A stretch of DNA of 64,000 bases, taken from Phallusia mammillata (Eukaryota). Below the pieces are notes generated by a model. It was not told the DNA's origin. It worked only from the letters and a program-made list of their open reading frames with translations, and searched no databases. Below, piece after piece: positions 22,801 through 37,800 of this stretch. The position numbers were made by a program, and so were the translations under genes. The DNA is taken from contig OZ281500.1 of assembly GCA_965637545.1 (NCBI GenBank), positions 7,750,001 to 7,814,000 of the forward strand. The letters run 5' to 3'. The stretch's first letter is position 1; every line of letters starts with the position of its first letter.

Positions 22801-25800
22801 TAGAGATGACTTAAGGACAACGCCTATTAGAGACAACGAGCGTGTGTTCTGAGACGATTGACTTCCGGGAAGTTTGGCGCATGAGGGCGCCACGCAGTCC
22901 CATCGCTCGTCTTCTGTTCCCATCCACGTTCCGTTGTGTGAGCACGTTCGTGTGTTATTGTAAATCGTGTCTTGAGGAACCAAGCCTTCGTGGCATCTTA
23001 GCACACAAACCGTGCCCGCTGTGCCGTCGCCTTCGCACGTGACAATACCGGTGTCATTTCTCGCCATTGTACCACGCAACGTGCACTTGACTGAAAGCAA
23101 AACAAACTTAAAGACGCAAGCCAATGACGATGGTATCGCAATTTTCATTCGACAAGGAACCAACCTCGGTCACAGGCGGTGCCACCGAAGCCCTCCGGGC
23201 AGCTGCAAGTGTATCCGTCGCTCTGATTTGTGCATGTACCACCATTGGAGCACTTCGGCTGTTTGCCTACCTTGCAGTGGTCGTATATGTGTTCACAGTT
23301 TACCCCGCTGTACCCTGGTTCACATGAGCATCTGCAAACAGGCAATGGTTTAAGTTAATTGGTCACAAACATTTTTGCTGCTAATCAAGTGTAAAAGTAT
23401 CGTACTGATAAGTTTGATCTCCGTCGATACATGACCCGTTGTTACGACAGGGAGAGGATGCACAGTCATCTGTGTCTATCTAAAGAAAAAAGTAAAAGAT
23501 TTGTTAAAATTTTTGTTTCACGCAACGCGATTGGCTAATCGATTTTATGTTCATCAGTATTACCTCACAGTTTGCTCCTTGGTATCTGCTTTCACACAAA
23601 CACTGATATCCATTCACCCGGTCCAAACACGTTCCTATTGACAAAAAATGAAATTTAAATGAGAAAAAAAGCTGCACAACACAAACTAAATGCCGCTCAA
23701 TGCTACTCCCCAACTAATTCACTCGTTGCCCAAAGCTAGTATTGACGAACAGAAACCTGGTAAACTGTTGTGTAACCTTTTAACACCAACAAACACGTGC
23801 AGGGCAACACCATAAGCCGCAGGTGCGAAAACAGCAATCGTACGTCCAGGTACAAAGAAAGCTCTGTGCAACACAACATAGACTTACCTCCGTTGAAGCA
23901 AGGCGGAGGCTCACAATCGTCAATGTTGACATCGCATTCATCGCCCATAAAACCTCTAGGACATTGACACGTATAAGAACCAAAGGTGTCTAAAATAGAA
24001 AAATCGCAATTAGAAGTAACAGTTCACTATTAGCGTTACCGTTTTGGTATGTGCTTTCGAATATGCGTAAAATGCCTCAAGAGTCCAAACCACAAACTGC
24101 GTTTGGAGGCATGTGATGTCGACGTTTTGGTGCTTTATTGCCAAACAACTTGAAGAGCTCAAACCAAACCCCAGACGGGAATCTTAAGCGCATGCCAAAA
24201 ACAAACGCTGAAATGCAAGTTAAAAACTTATATAACTGCCTTTTGAAGAAACTGCAGTCACATGTGCGATATATTTGTCATCTAAGGTGGTAAAGTGGAG
24301 CAAACGCTTAACTACACACTGTGCCTGGTTGTTTAGTGATAACTGCTGATCTATATCGGTTTAAACTTTAAACATCATAACTTTAACTTAAAACGTTACC
24401 GACAATATCAAGTTGTTGAAAGAATAGAACTAAAGATACCATTCAGGCGAAATATAGTGTTTTGTTTTTAGCAATCCGAGCACATTTTTTGCCTATATTC
24501 ATTAATTGATTCTATTACATGGTAACGATTTTTCGTCTGCTATCTGATACAGTTCAGTTTAAACACCCCCAGTTGTTTAAAGAGTTTCCACCGAAATACT
24601 TACTACTGCATATATGTCCAGTGCTACAGGGTTGCACATGTACTTCACATTCGTTCAAATCCTCCTGACACAAAGTTCCAGTCCATCCGCGATGACACAA
24701 ACATTCGAACATATTCACTTTATCGACACATGTTGCCCCGTTGCCGCACGGGTCTGATTCACATTCGTTTACACTCTGAGAGCAATTCTCGCCCGTGTAA
24801 CCGCTGTTGCAAATGCACCTGAACGAAAAACGTCCATTAATTGCGAATTTCACACAACATGTGTTGCAATTATTATAAACTTCATGATTTAGAAAACAGC
24901 GTACGTGCGCTTCCATCAACTAAACCTTTGCAGATAGAATCAATCAATCGGGATTAGGTATAAAGGGTCGATTTATAAAGCTGGTGCAAATTGGACTTTC
25001 TGTCGCATAATCCAAAAATAAAAACTTTTACAGCAAATACGATGGTCTTTTCAACCTTTGCTTTGGCAAAATGGTTCGAATAGCCCTGATATGGTCGCGT
25101 CCTAGCTTCCAAAGCTTTAACAGATAGACGAAGATTATATGATCGCTGCTGAATTAGGTTAACCTAATTGTCTTATTGCCAGAACGTAAATCGTGGTGAT
25201 ACACCTACACTTTCCGATTTTTTTCCATGTTCTTACCATCGCTAGCAACTTTTATGACCAAATTTAAACTACAATCTTCAAATAGACAACCTTTTATGCG
25301 ACGCGTGCCAATTTACTTGTTATTTCCTTGTGGTAATGGCTTCGCGTGCCAACGTTTTTCTAAATAATAGTGGTTCGTGCCAGCAGATAACAATAACAAA
25401 AAGAAAGCAGAGTGTTTTGTACATGTAAGGCTGAATTTTACAACAATGACCTGATAAAAACTATGAACAAGTAGTGTAACAGGTTAAAATGTTACTCCAA
25501 TATAAACTGGCAAATCGGTTGGCGTGCCATGAAAAACCACCTCGCGTCCTTGGCACGCTTGCCGGGGGTTGCCGACCCCTGAAATAGAGTATACTTTAAA
25601 CTAGAATCTCCCAGCTCGTTGCTCTTAAGACTACAATAAACTTATACTTAATTGGTCTAAATTTCCATCTTGAATTCATAATGGTGAATGACTTTATGTT
25701 TTAATAAATTTGAATCAATATTTAAATACTTTAGAATATTAGTTTGTTGTTTGATATTTTTACCTGTATCCGCCATCCTCTGTATCCTCACATGTGCTGT

Positions 25801-28800
25801 TACCTGGGCAGGGGTTAGAAAAACAGCTCGATTCGTTTATCTCGCAAAAATTTCCTGAGAATCCAGCCTGACAAGTGCACGAGTAAATCCCATCTTCGGA
25901 CAGCGAACACCCGCCCCCGTTCTGGCAAGGATTCATACTACTGCAGTTGCCCTCGTGTTGACAGTTTTTTCCAAAGTAGTTGATTGTGCAGTTACAGAGG
26001 TAGCTAAAATAGACAAAATGGAACACGTGCTGGAAGTTTTGAAATGTAAACTTGTCAGCATTTTCGCTAAAAATTGGCAATACTTTCTAAAACCAAAAAA
26101 TTGACATAAATTACATTGAAAATCGTACACTTGTGTTTTAATAGTTTTGTGTAAAAATCGTTCTATTTCATTTCCTCACGCCTATTTGTGTATTTTTGGT
26201 TTATTTGAAAAAAAATCCTACAAAACATGTCAAGTCCACGCCCAATAAGATAAAAAAACAACAACTACGAAATCGTACCTGTTACCGTTACTGGTGCACG
26301 ACCCGCCGTTGTGGCATGGAGACGGGTTACATAAATAGTCCGAGATCGGTTGGCAGCTGTGACCGTCGTAAGTATACCCAGGATCACAGTTGCAGCCAAG
26401 AACGTCCTCGGACACAACAACGCACTTCCCAGCCCCGCCACAGAAGTTCAGTGAACAAGTGTCTACCTCTTCCAGGCAATTTCTACCTCTGAACTTGTTG
26501 GAGCACCTAAACAGGAATACTTTGTATTAAAAAATTAAGAGAGAATTACCAAGGTTTTGGGTGGTATATCAGATAGTAACGAAAAAAGGGTTTCTTTGGT
26601 TACTAAATATTGAATCTTTAAACCTTTTTTCTTTTTCTTTAACAGCTAAGTAAATTCACCCAAATAATATAAGCTTCCAACTCACAGCAGGTACACTACG
26701 CTAATCCACCATAAAGGCTGTTAAGGGTTATTGAACAGTACGTATTCTCAACACTATAAGCACCTGCACAGATATCCAAGTCCAGTAGTCAAGCAAAGGC
26801 CATTGCTGGCACAAGGTTCACAAGAACAATCCGTACAGTTCTCACTGCAATCATGACCTCGAAATCCGGCTGCGCATTTGCAGGAGTAGTTAGCGACTCC
26901 AACCTCACACACTCCACCGTTCTGACAGGGTTGCGACGTACAGTGGTCGATTTCTGTTTCACACTGAAGATACATAGACAGATATTAGGTTGATAAAATA
27001 GGTAAATACAATGAGACGCTTTAACTTCGTCTTTGATTTCGCAAATAAATGTTACATAGGTTCCTAAGACGCCTTTGCACACTTATGCAACGAATTCAAA
27101 TTTTCACTACATAACTGTGCTGTTTTTGCAATTATGGCCATAGAAAAACGCACTCAGGGTCTAAAAAGCGTTGAAAAGTAATATAAACTTGGTCGTTTTG
27201 AGCTCATCATAGCATTTTGATCTGTTATGACAGAAAAACTGACACAGCGCTTCGAATAAAAATAGTCTGTGGTAGTGCTTTGTTTAATTTTAAAGCTAAT
27301 GGGTCGGATGCTCATACAGTTGTGAAGCAACTGATAGAAAATAACGCTTCTGCACCTTTTCCAAAATGTGTATCAAGTAACAGATACCAATTCTATTGTG
27401 ATTATGCAGGTTTCTTGATCACTTTTAAATAAATTGTCTTACCCAGCTTCCAGTGAAGTTGGAAGAGCATATACAGTCATACCCTCCGAGAAAATTTTCG
27501 CACTGTCCACCGTTTTCACACGGATCCGCCTCGCATTCATTTGTATCGTTTTCACAACGCTTCCCTTCAAAACCATCAATGCAACGGCATTCAAATGAGC
27601 CTCGATCATCATCAACACATATTTTTGTGAATTCACTGCAAGGGTTGGTGGAACAATTAACTGCTAAATTCTGACAGCGATCACCCTCAAAACCATACGG
27701 ACACTGGCAGCTGAAAATAGAGAATAAGGGTGTTCATTGTTTAAAGAAAGTTTATTCGTGTGTGTTTTCCCATAAGAAATGCGATAAATAATGAAATTCA
27801 CTGCTTGTTTTACATGGGCGTTGACGCTGATTTTAATCGCCTGAGTGTTTAACCGCACAGAGTAGCGCTATAACATTTCGAAACCAGTAGTCGGGCCGCA
27901 AACATTTTAAAGAGCACTTATATACTTCGTGGTTTGCCATAAATGTTTTCTAAAAAATCTCATTGCAAAATGACGTTGGTTTCAAACCTCTGAACAACAA
28001 CTTTTATAGATGCTCGTAGACGTGTTTAGAAGACACGATTTCGAATGTTTATCATTGTGCACACGACCACACATGGTGAAATCACCGCCCAACGTTAGGT
28101 AACCGCCTCGATACACATCGCAGTTTTATACAAAGTGCACAAAACAGTCCTGGAATCTTTGTTTATTGGTCTCAGACAGCCAAGATTCTATTTAATCAAG
28201 TTTGACCAGTAATTCTCAAATTTTTATTAATATTCTCTTCCTAAAACGCAACAACAACCCCAAGATTTGCAGAAATGCGCAATGCCTGATGGCTTGTCCA
28301 CTTAAGACATTTGCAATATTTTTGTTGTGTAATTAACTAATTATATACGTGCTTCAAACATTGCCTTAACGGCGGATTTCTCCATGCCATAACGGCGAAA
28401 CATGCACAAGGACTAACTGCACTATACTTCTTTAAAAAAATCTCAAAAAGTTGCTTCCAAACGGCGTTTAAAAACCACTGTGCGTAATTTTCAAAGCCAC
28501 TTAATGCGAAAAGCTTTTCGAATTTAGGCTGTTAACTTACACTGTTAACACAAAAAAACTCAGCAGTTTTAAACGCCGTTTGGAAGCAACTTTTTGCGAT
28601 TTTTTTTAAAGAAGTATAGTGCAGTTAGTACTTATGCATGTTTCGCCGTTAACACAAAAACTCTGCCGCATCGGGTGACATACACATACATATTTATTTC
28701 CAAAAATAAACAACGGTCCTCAAGTTTTTTCTATAGTTTACCTACCTGAAAGACCCAGGTTCAGGTTCTATGCAAAGTCCATTATTCAAACATGGCATCG

Positions 28801-31800
28801 ACGAACACTCTGGGACGTCATGTTCACATATAGTGCCAGCGAATCCTTTCTTACATTGACAGAAAAAGCCGCCAGGCGTCGATAACTCGTAACAAATTCC
28901 TGAAAGATAAAGTAAGATTTTCGATATTTTATAAAATCAATTAAAATCAGGGGTCTAGTTCAGCCAGAGCGTGTTAATGGGGCCCAGATTTAAGGGAGAG
29001 AATAAGAGGTAAAAGCCTAATTGTGGGTGACTGATATCAAAAGTAGTTTTTTAAAAGCATTGCTTAGCCACCTGAATTTTTCCACTACACCACTGAATAA
29101 ATGAAATCGTTTTCACCAACAATTGTATTAAAAGCTCAAGCTTTGTATGTGTTTTTACAGCGCGCGGCAGTACGTTTTGGCTAATTTACAAAAAAATCGA
29201 CAAAATGTGTTGCATAAAACGAGACCTTATGTACGTTTTTTTAATAAAGTTAACCGCAAAAAGAACAGTAATAAAGTTAACCGCAAAAAGCATCTGAAGT
29301 GTCACGCACACAACGATACTATTTTGGGATAAAATGCATCCAAATATACACGCACTTCTAGATGGCATATTAACTAATAAACAAGTACACCTAAAATACA
29401 CGCCCTTCCAAATATAGAATGCTCTATTCCAGCAAGAAACTTACATCAATGCCATATGAATCAGTTCTCACCTGAGTTTAGACACGGTCGATCTTCGCAT
29501 TCGTCGTAATCCACTTGGCAGTCGTCGCCTACGTATCCACTGTGGCAGTCACACGAGTACCCAGTGGCCGAATTCCGGCATAGTCCGCGGCCTGAGCAGT
29601 TACGCTTTGCACACCAGTCGACTGTGGCTTCGCAATTAGTCCCGGAAAATCCCATCGAGCAGTTGCACGTGTAACCTTGCGACGACACAAAAGGGCGAAA
29701 CAGGTTTAATCAGCGATCAACCCATGCACTCAATGTATGAAATATGTAATTGAAAGGGACAGGACACTTGGAAAAGTAGAATTTCAATCAAGATGCTTTG
29801 TAAGGTATGGGAGTGTATTTCCCAGAACGCTTACCGTTTATTTGGTCTACGCACGAACCGTTGTTGCGACAAGGTCCAGACGAGCACTCATCAATGTCCT
29901 TTTGACATCTGCTGCCATTGAAACCTGAATTAAGTGAAGATAATTAGAGGCAAGATCAAAAAACGTATGTCTCAAAGAGGTGTTCTGGAATGCTGTTTAC
30001 ATAATGCCTTCTTGAATTAGCAGTTGGACAGCCTCCGTTCTTGACAAAAACTACCACAGAAAACGTGTTTCGAGAATTGTGACCACCCTTATCTTTGTTT
30101 GCACACTGAATCTGCGATTTTGGAATGTGACGCATCGCTTGCTTTCCATTAATCATCCAAATGTTTTCACAATAAACTAGACATGGATCCAGAATTTATT
30201 TTAGTTAAATTAATTTAGAACATAGTTTAAGGTTTTGTGGCAAAACCTCTCCCAAGTAATACATATTGTTACTTTGAAGCTCTGTTTCTGCTTGTCATGG
30301 TCGTTTTCTGATGGAAACGATTATTTTTAATTCTGTTCAGATTTTTTTTTTTTTTGACAAAAAATCTAAGTTTTCTGTAGAACGAAGAACTTACTTTACA
30401 AGTGGTGTTACTTTGCTTTCCAGATATGTAATAACCAGGGTCACAGGAAATGTTACATGTTGAACCGATTCTGTTTTCCTTTTTTTTGTGTGAATTTAAA
30501 AGGTTTTGCAGTCTTTAGGTTTTTAAGCTTTTTTCAAGTTCCCGTAGAATTCAATGTAATCATGCATTATGATTGATTGGACCAACCTTTATAAATCAGC
30601 TAACCTGAACAATTTGATTCTACAACTTATTACGTAGGCCCAGCGCAGGTTAACCAGGTTATCCTCAGGTTATAATTGTAACCCCATTACCACACGTTGC
30701 ATCTTAACGTTAACTTTTTCCACATTGATTTTCAAGTTTGTGTAAAACCTACCATCTGGGCATATGCACTTGAATGCGTTATCCAGGTCTACGCATTGTC
30801 CGTTATTTTCGCATTGATTTGGCGAGCAGTCGTCGATGTTGATCTCGCAGTGTCGGCCAGTAAATCCCGCTGCACAGATGCATGTAAAGTTGTCGACGCC
30901 ATTTTGACATTCTCCATCGTGGTAACACTTCGTCCCGTTGCAATGCTGCGTCCCTGGTCGCGGAAAGAAGTTGAAATGTCACAATTGTGTTAAAAACCTG
31001 TTTGCATTTTTCAGGAAAGGGATTAAGAATGCAATTGGTGTGATTTAATTAGATACGCGAGTTAAGAATGTTGTTGATCTTTAAAAGTGCGAATTATCGG
31101 TCCCCAGGGCAGAACAATCTTACCATCAATGAAACTTGCCTTACGCAGTTCAGCCACAAATGCAGTTGTTACGAGACACCAGTTTCTATTATCTACGTGG
31201 TTTCTAATGTTAGATGTGGAGACCATTAAATCTAACGCGATTTGCGGTTCTTGCAACGTCAGCCAAGATGCGTGGATAAAAGGTTGCCATTCAAAGTATG
31301 CCAAAAGAGGATTGGGATCCCGTTATAGGTAAGTGTATTTACTTTGACACGTAACAGGTAAGCTGTTCCATCCGGCATTCAAATCGGCGTCTTTCAAGCA
31401 GGTATGTGAGCATTTATAAACATCTCCTTGGGATGTTACCTGTCGACGAACGTAATTATAATTAGGACATGTAGAAATGTAATATTACTAAAAAACATAA
31501 TTCTGTTTTTAAACCACCATATTAAATTAGCCTTTTCTAATTTTAATCCCCTTTTATTGACTTATATAGGGACTGAAGATGCTTTTTTCGCGAAATATTT
31601 TTGTTGTTTATATGATTGTCAACTGATTTTAACGTGGAAATAAACATTTCCCAACTTGTGATAGTATTTTCATGAAACTAATTATTACTCTTTTCAGCAC
31701 ACATATCCAGGTTTTTTTTAAGGTTTGGTTTGGGTGACCGCTAAGTAGTTTTAAGAGACCGCAAGTGTTTCATTTAAATACCAAAAAATAGCAACTGTAG

Positions 31801-34800
31801 TTGCAAGTCCAAATTTTGGGAAACCGCTGGAGAAATTTGTTTCGGTCCCCCAAAACACCTTAAAAAAAACACTGCACATATCATACTACGCATTAACACT
31901 AAGTTGTCTTAGTGAGTTAGAAACAAATAGGTAAACCGAAAAAACAATACATAAATATAAAACAGCTTGGTTTGTTATACTATATCAATAAACTAAAATT
32001 TTGTCAAATACCGTTTGACAAAAAATCTAAGTTTTCTGTAGAACGAAGAACTTACTTTACAAGTGGTGTTACTTTGCTTTCCAGATATGTAATAACCAGG
32101 GTCACAGGAAATGTTACATGTTGAACCGATTCTGTTTTCCTTGCTACATCGAACACGAATCCCCTTCGTTGCAGATGGAATCAAGTCACATCGATTTTCT
32201 AAAAACAAAACGTAATAGACGAAAATAAATTTGGCCCAACCAAACTTAGAATTAATTATTGAACACAACACTTTGCCATTAAAAACCGTTTTTTAATAAT
32301 GTGCCAAAAATATATGCTGTTGTTTGTTAAAAAATATCATTAAGAAGTTGTTTCGCAAGTTAATGCTTGTCTCGTTTCAGTTGGAATTTAATTAGCCAAT
32401 ACAAACATTACACAACTGTACTCAGTGAACAATAATAAACCGAAAAAACTTTACGCGGCGTTAAACCACGTAAATTTTAATTTGCGATCGCTTTTCTCGC
32501 CGACGAAACAAAATTAGACACCTTCAAAATAGAAGGTTAGGAAGCATAACAGTAACTCAGATCATGCTATTTTAGTTTGCGAATCGTGTATGATTTGCCT
32601 GGTAGCCGAAAGTGCTGGAGGGATTTCGGAAAATCTTTTTAATCGAAACCTCGATAGTTTGTTTATCATTTCACCGATTCTAATTTATTTTTTCTCGTCC
32701 TAACTGCAAAAATGACAAAAACAACTTCACCTACCCACACATCTCCATGGAGAAACCGACCACTTTCCGTTGTAATAACATTTCGTCAAATCGCTATCGG
32801 GCATATGGTAACCTTGACAACAGGTTGCCTTGCAAATTGACCCTGCTCTGTTGGCGTTTGGACAATTGTAGGTAAGACATCCTGTAGGGTCCGCCAAAGC
32901 CGAGTATGGACATGTGGTACTGGTTACTGCACTTTGAGCTTTGCACAACTTCAACGAAATGTCTCTGTGCAGGAAAAAGCAAAAACACTGTAACATACAA
33001 TAATGACGCCTTTGCCTTGATAAGTGTTTTGCAAGGTAGGGCGTACGTCCGGCAGGATGGGCATTTTGTATTTACAAAAGGTCAATTTAGCCCCTACTCG
33101 ATACTTGAAGCTGTTTTTGCCTATTTTCTTTTATCTCGTTAATTGATTTCATGCCGTTTGGTAGCTTGTTTAATTCGCCTTTGTTGAAGTTTTAGGCTTC
33201 TTAAGAAGCTATATTTAACAGCAGGCTGGGAGCACGAAATTTTTAAAGGCAAATAGATGGAACGTGGACAAAAACGGATAAACGAATGCCACTTGAGTAA
33301 CTTAGGGAGGGATTTGTATTTTCCGGGAGGAAATTTGTGGGAAAAACTGGGAAGGAATATTTATGGACAAAAAATTGATTTTTTATGTCATTTAACACAT
33401 GACAAAAATGCACCACCAGAAATGTCTACAAAACACAAGGAAATGCTGCTGTAATTGCAGCGACTGGTGCCTTTTGTGGTTTTGTTTGGAAGGGAGGAAT
33501 ACAAAAAAACTTTGGAAACCACTTAACTAGCTGATCTCGTTAGCGCACAAGAATACCCGCCTTGTGCGCTGGTGAGTCAAACCAACGATGTTACATTCAG
33601 ATAAAAGGTTCAATTAAACACTGAGTATGTTTAGTGCGAACTGTGAAATTAGCCTGGCCATATCAGATCATCATCATCATCTATTCCAAGAATAGTTCAA
33701 TAAATTTCTACTCAAAACACATTTTGCAGCAGCTGCCACTATTCAAAACACGATAAACGCTACATTTTCAGACAAACGCAATAGTTATAGCGAATACCAA
33801 TCGTTGCAATAAAGTCTCAACCATACAATTGTGTGCTAGATGAGTTTCAAATCGCTGGAGACAGTTGACAAATTTCACCTGATTATCTTGAGCAGATCTA
33901 CGAAGTTGTCGATTACTTTGTGTGAGTACAGTTCGTCGGGGTCTGATGCGATTTCGTCGATTTCGGTCTGAATTGCGTTGTTGACGCCGATGGCCAAAAC
34001 CTGTGAGATTTTGTGTAGTCGTTCGGCGGGAGCTGTAATGCAACAAATATTGGATACACATGAATTCACAGTACGAATTGTCAAACATTTTGGGAGCACC
34101 AAATCCAACAATTGTGTCTCAACTGTAGTTGTGTCGCAAAAGTATAGAATCATGCGCGCTAAACTTACTGCTAAAAAAACGTTTACTTCCACCAAAATTA
34201 AAAAAAAAACGCCATTAACGATTTATGATTGTTCTTTCAGAAAAGAGTAAGCACAATTTTATTTACCCCCTTTTCAAAAAGCTAAACCAACTATGACGTC
34301 ACAGAACTAAAAAAATGATGAGCTTATTACCCCAAGTAATAAAATATCAAATTACCCAATTGGGGGTAATTGCTTATCAGGTTAAGAACCACTGATTTAG
34401 AAGCAGCATGCCACCGAAATATAGTTTACATTTTGCACGTTCGATCTATGGATGGAGTTTATGGGATGTTACTGCGGTTGGGACATTCGGCGAGGTTTAG
34501 ACAAAACGTCGGAAACATCTAAACGTGGTCTCGCTCAAATTGTGATAGCTACAAACAACATCAACCGTTTGTGTAAAGTTGTTTGCAAAACAGAAGATCA
34601 ATTAATCCAAAACCTTGAACTTTCAAATGTAACAGACGATGTGTTTGTAATATTTAATCTCTTCTTGTAGAATTATAATGTCAGGTTAAATGTAATTGCA
34701 TTTGGTAGTCGCAATTTCGATGTCTCAACTGTCAACACGACTCACAAAACCATTAGCAGCGTTCGGGAGCAACCGCCTGACAAACCTGAAACATTACCTA

Positions 34801-37800
34801 AGATGCGATCTAAGATATGATTCTGCATTCTGCTCTACTATACATACAGGTCAGCCAGGTACGATAAGTAAGGTCACACGCAGCAGTTTTCCTTGATAGT
34901 GTTTACTGTGGTTTACCCTTTGGCGGTCGCCCACAGGTTCAAGCACAAAGTGAGTAATCAAAGTTTTTGCATAAATTTGGCTAGGCATAAAAATGTTTTA
35001 ATTTTTGTTTTATAAAAGTAAGGTTTTGTGTAGTCACGCAATCATGCATGATATTTTCACGCAATATTGTTTTTATCACCGATTCATTCTATGAATCAAC
35101 AGCGTAGGCGATCCTGACATTACGTATGTTTCATTCAATTCTCCAAACATCACTGCACTTAATCAGCAAACAAAAAATTCAACCACGACCGCCATCCAAC
35201 CCACATGCGTGATTACTTCACCGATATCGAGTCACAAATAAAGTTACTCACTGCGGATAGATCTGACCACTTTTCCGTCGGTCAAAACAACAGTCATGTG
35301 TGGTTTGTCTTCCCGTCTTCCTGAATCCGGTCCGAACTTGTGGTCGAGCGCATAATAGAGCGCGGTGTCCGTATTGGTGCCCATTCCCGAGTAATCGATA
35401 CCCGTTATCGCCTGTGATACGAGGCACGGTTTGGTGTCAAGTTTAAGAAATGACTCGCACTGCTTTTGTCGTTCGCAAGCAGGCAATACGGCATTAAGAA
35501 CATTATGATACGATAATGAGCATCGGACAAAGGGCTTCCTGCCACAGTTGTACGTCAACTGGACACGTAATTTTCTTTATCATCGTGCTGTGTTTCTTGT
35601 CTACAAACGTGGCGGGTGGCAAAAAAGTTCGAAAACATTTATCATTACAACAAACAACAGTTCAAGACCATGGGTGGTAGTTGGTGAATGGCATATTAAC
35701 AAATATTTCCACAGATGTTTACTGGATGTGGGTGAAGAAACACACTAGCGTGACATTTAATGCACTGAACGAGGTTTCAATGGAGCCACAATAGGAAACC
35801 ATACCGTTTCGTGGTTTAGATTTAAGGTAACGCTAGAGAACATGGTTTGCAATATACAGGCGCTCAAAAAAAATCTCTGTATTTAAACCGGACGTTCTTA
35901 ACATTTTTTTGGTGTCGGAGCCAAATCCGAGATCTAAAGTATAGATAAGAACTCGCATAACCCAAGATTTTTTAGAAGACTTGAAAAGCATGCTGTAATT
36001 TCGAAACTAATTTAAAACTTAAATAACAGTCAAATTACAACGGTAATTTTTGGTGGAAAACAATTTACAAACGAAACTTTTAAATCATTGAATGACGCGA
36101 AGTACTGCATGATTTAAAGCGTGGCATAATCATCACCTTCATAACAGTAAATTGTGAAATAAAGAACAGGTTTAGATGTTGGCTACATAACCTTTATTTT
36201 CTGAGCTAACAGCGTCAGCCGACGTTACCCACCTGCATTAGGGAGTTCTTGTCCTGATAACGGTCGTAGTTCCATAAGTTCACCACCTCTCTGTGGTAGC
36301 GTATCGCAGATACCTGCCACAAAACAAGGTTGTACACGCACGGCGGTCCGTGAAAAATCGTTTCTGCATGCAAATTATAGGATCAGTGCAGAGTGCATCG
36401 TCAGCTATTCGCGATTTAAGAAAACCAACGCACACCACAAAGACACACTTTGTAATACACCGTACTTGGCAGGGGCAATTGACGCGGAAGCAATACCGCC
36501 GATCAGGCAACACGGATTTGTATTTTTTTTCACAAAACGTGCGTCGATGTCTCTGCTGAGCCGTTACGCAAAACACGCGCTTTCAACCACAGACCCACCT
36601 GAACTTGGTTCCTGCCTATCTCAAAAGTGTCCACTAATCTCATTACGAAGTCCTTCATCACGTTAAAGCTTGCTTGTCCGATGCTTGATGACGAGTCCAA
36701 TATGAATAGAAGGTCGAACTTCGCCGAACACACTATAACACATATGATGAGTATATAAACAATGCATACTGTGCAGATTTATTTTTTATTTATGAACACT
36801 ATGCACAGTTGTATAACCGAAGCAGTTTAACCAAAAACATAACTGCCGGTCGTTTGCACTAACATGCATTCTGTTTACCTGTCCAAAGCTCTCTAGCAGT
36901 TATGTTTTTAATCAAATTATTTTGTCTTATTTTACAACAAGGTGAAATCGACCACACAAGATCCGTTCAGCCCAAACCTTTCGTAACCATATTTTTATGT
37001 TGTTTAGTATTTCCTATTGGCGTACAACAAGCCAATGAGCACCGTAAATTGTTGTTTAAAGTGACATCGGTGGTGAGTGTATCAACGCAATTACAACACA
37101 CAACCGCAATATGCATTTAAATGGATGATACTGGATTGTGAAGATCATCGCAGTTCAAGCTTCAGCTACGATACGCGGTTTTGCCCTTCAACTTTACCTC
37201 CACATGTGGTTGACGAACCGTTCCATCGCGGTCCAATCGCAGGGTCCCTGATCAGACAAGTTCTCTTTTGACTTCCCTGTGTCGTGAACTTGTTGCTGCA
37301 GGAGGTTTGACAAGTCGAACCAACCTCGTTTGCGTCGGTACACGTCAGCTGACCATGGATTGGCGTCAGCAAAGGCGAACAAGCTAAAGCGAAAAGAGAC
37401 ATTGTTTAAGAGAAGTGTTCGATTTCGAAATTGAATAGGGTCTACGGTTGTACCATGGATCAAGAATTTTCAAATTGTCACCAGCGAAAGGTACGAAAAT
37501 TTGACATTATTCCAAGGTACTTGCAACCTTTGGAAAACTGCAGAATAAAAAGCGTCTGTTGTCGGGCAATAAGTTACAGGTCTGTAATGCGTAAAAGCAA
37601 CAGGACAGGTAACGTTTCGCCAATACAATTTTGATGCTTTACATGGAAAACATGGATATCAGTACAATTTCGATGTGCATATTAGGCCTTGAACTTGCTA
37701 ATATCCGGTGTGTTATGCCCATAATGGCCTGAACCGGCAGCGAAATCGTGTTGTTAAAGCGATTTTGGTTACAAGCTGTCTCGTAATTACAACACCGGAC

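Noticed and set aside
28185-28200. Resemblance to the Ciona spliced-leader sequence (ATTCTATTTAATCAAG)
   Set aside because: Several mismatches, no GT donor or Sm site downstream
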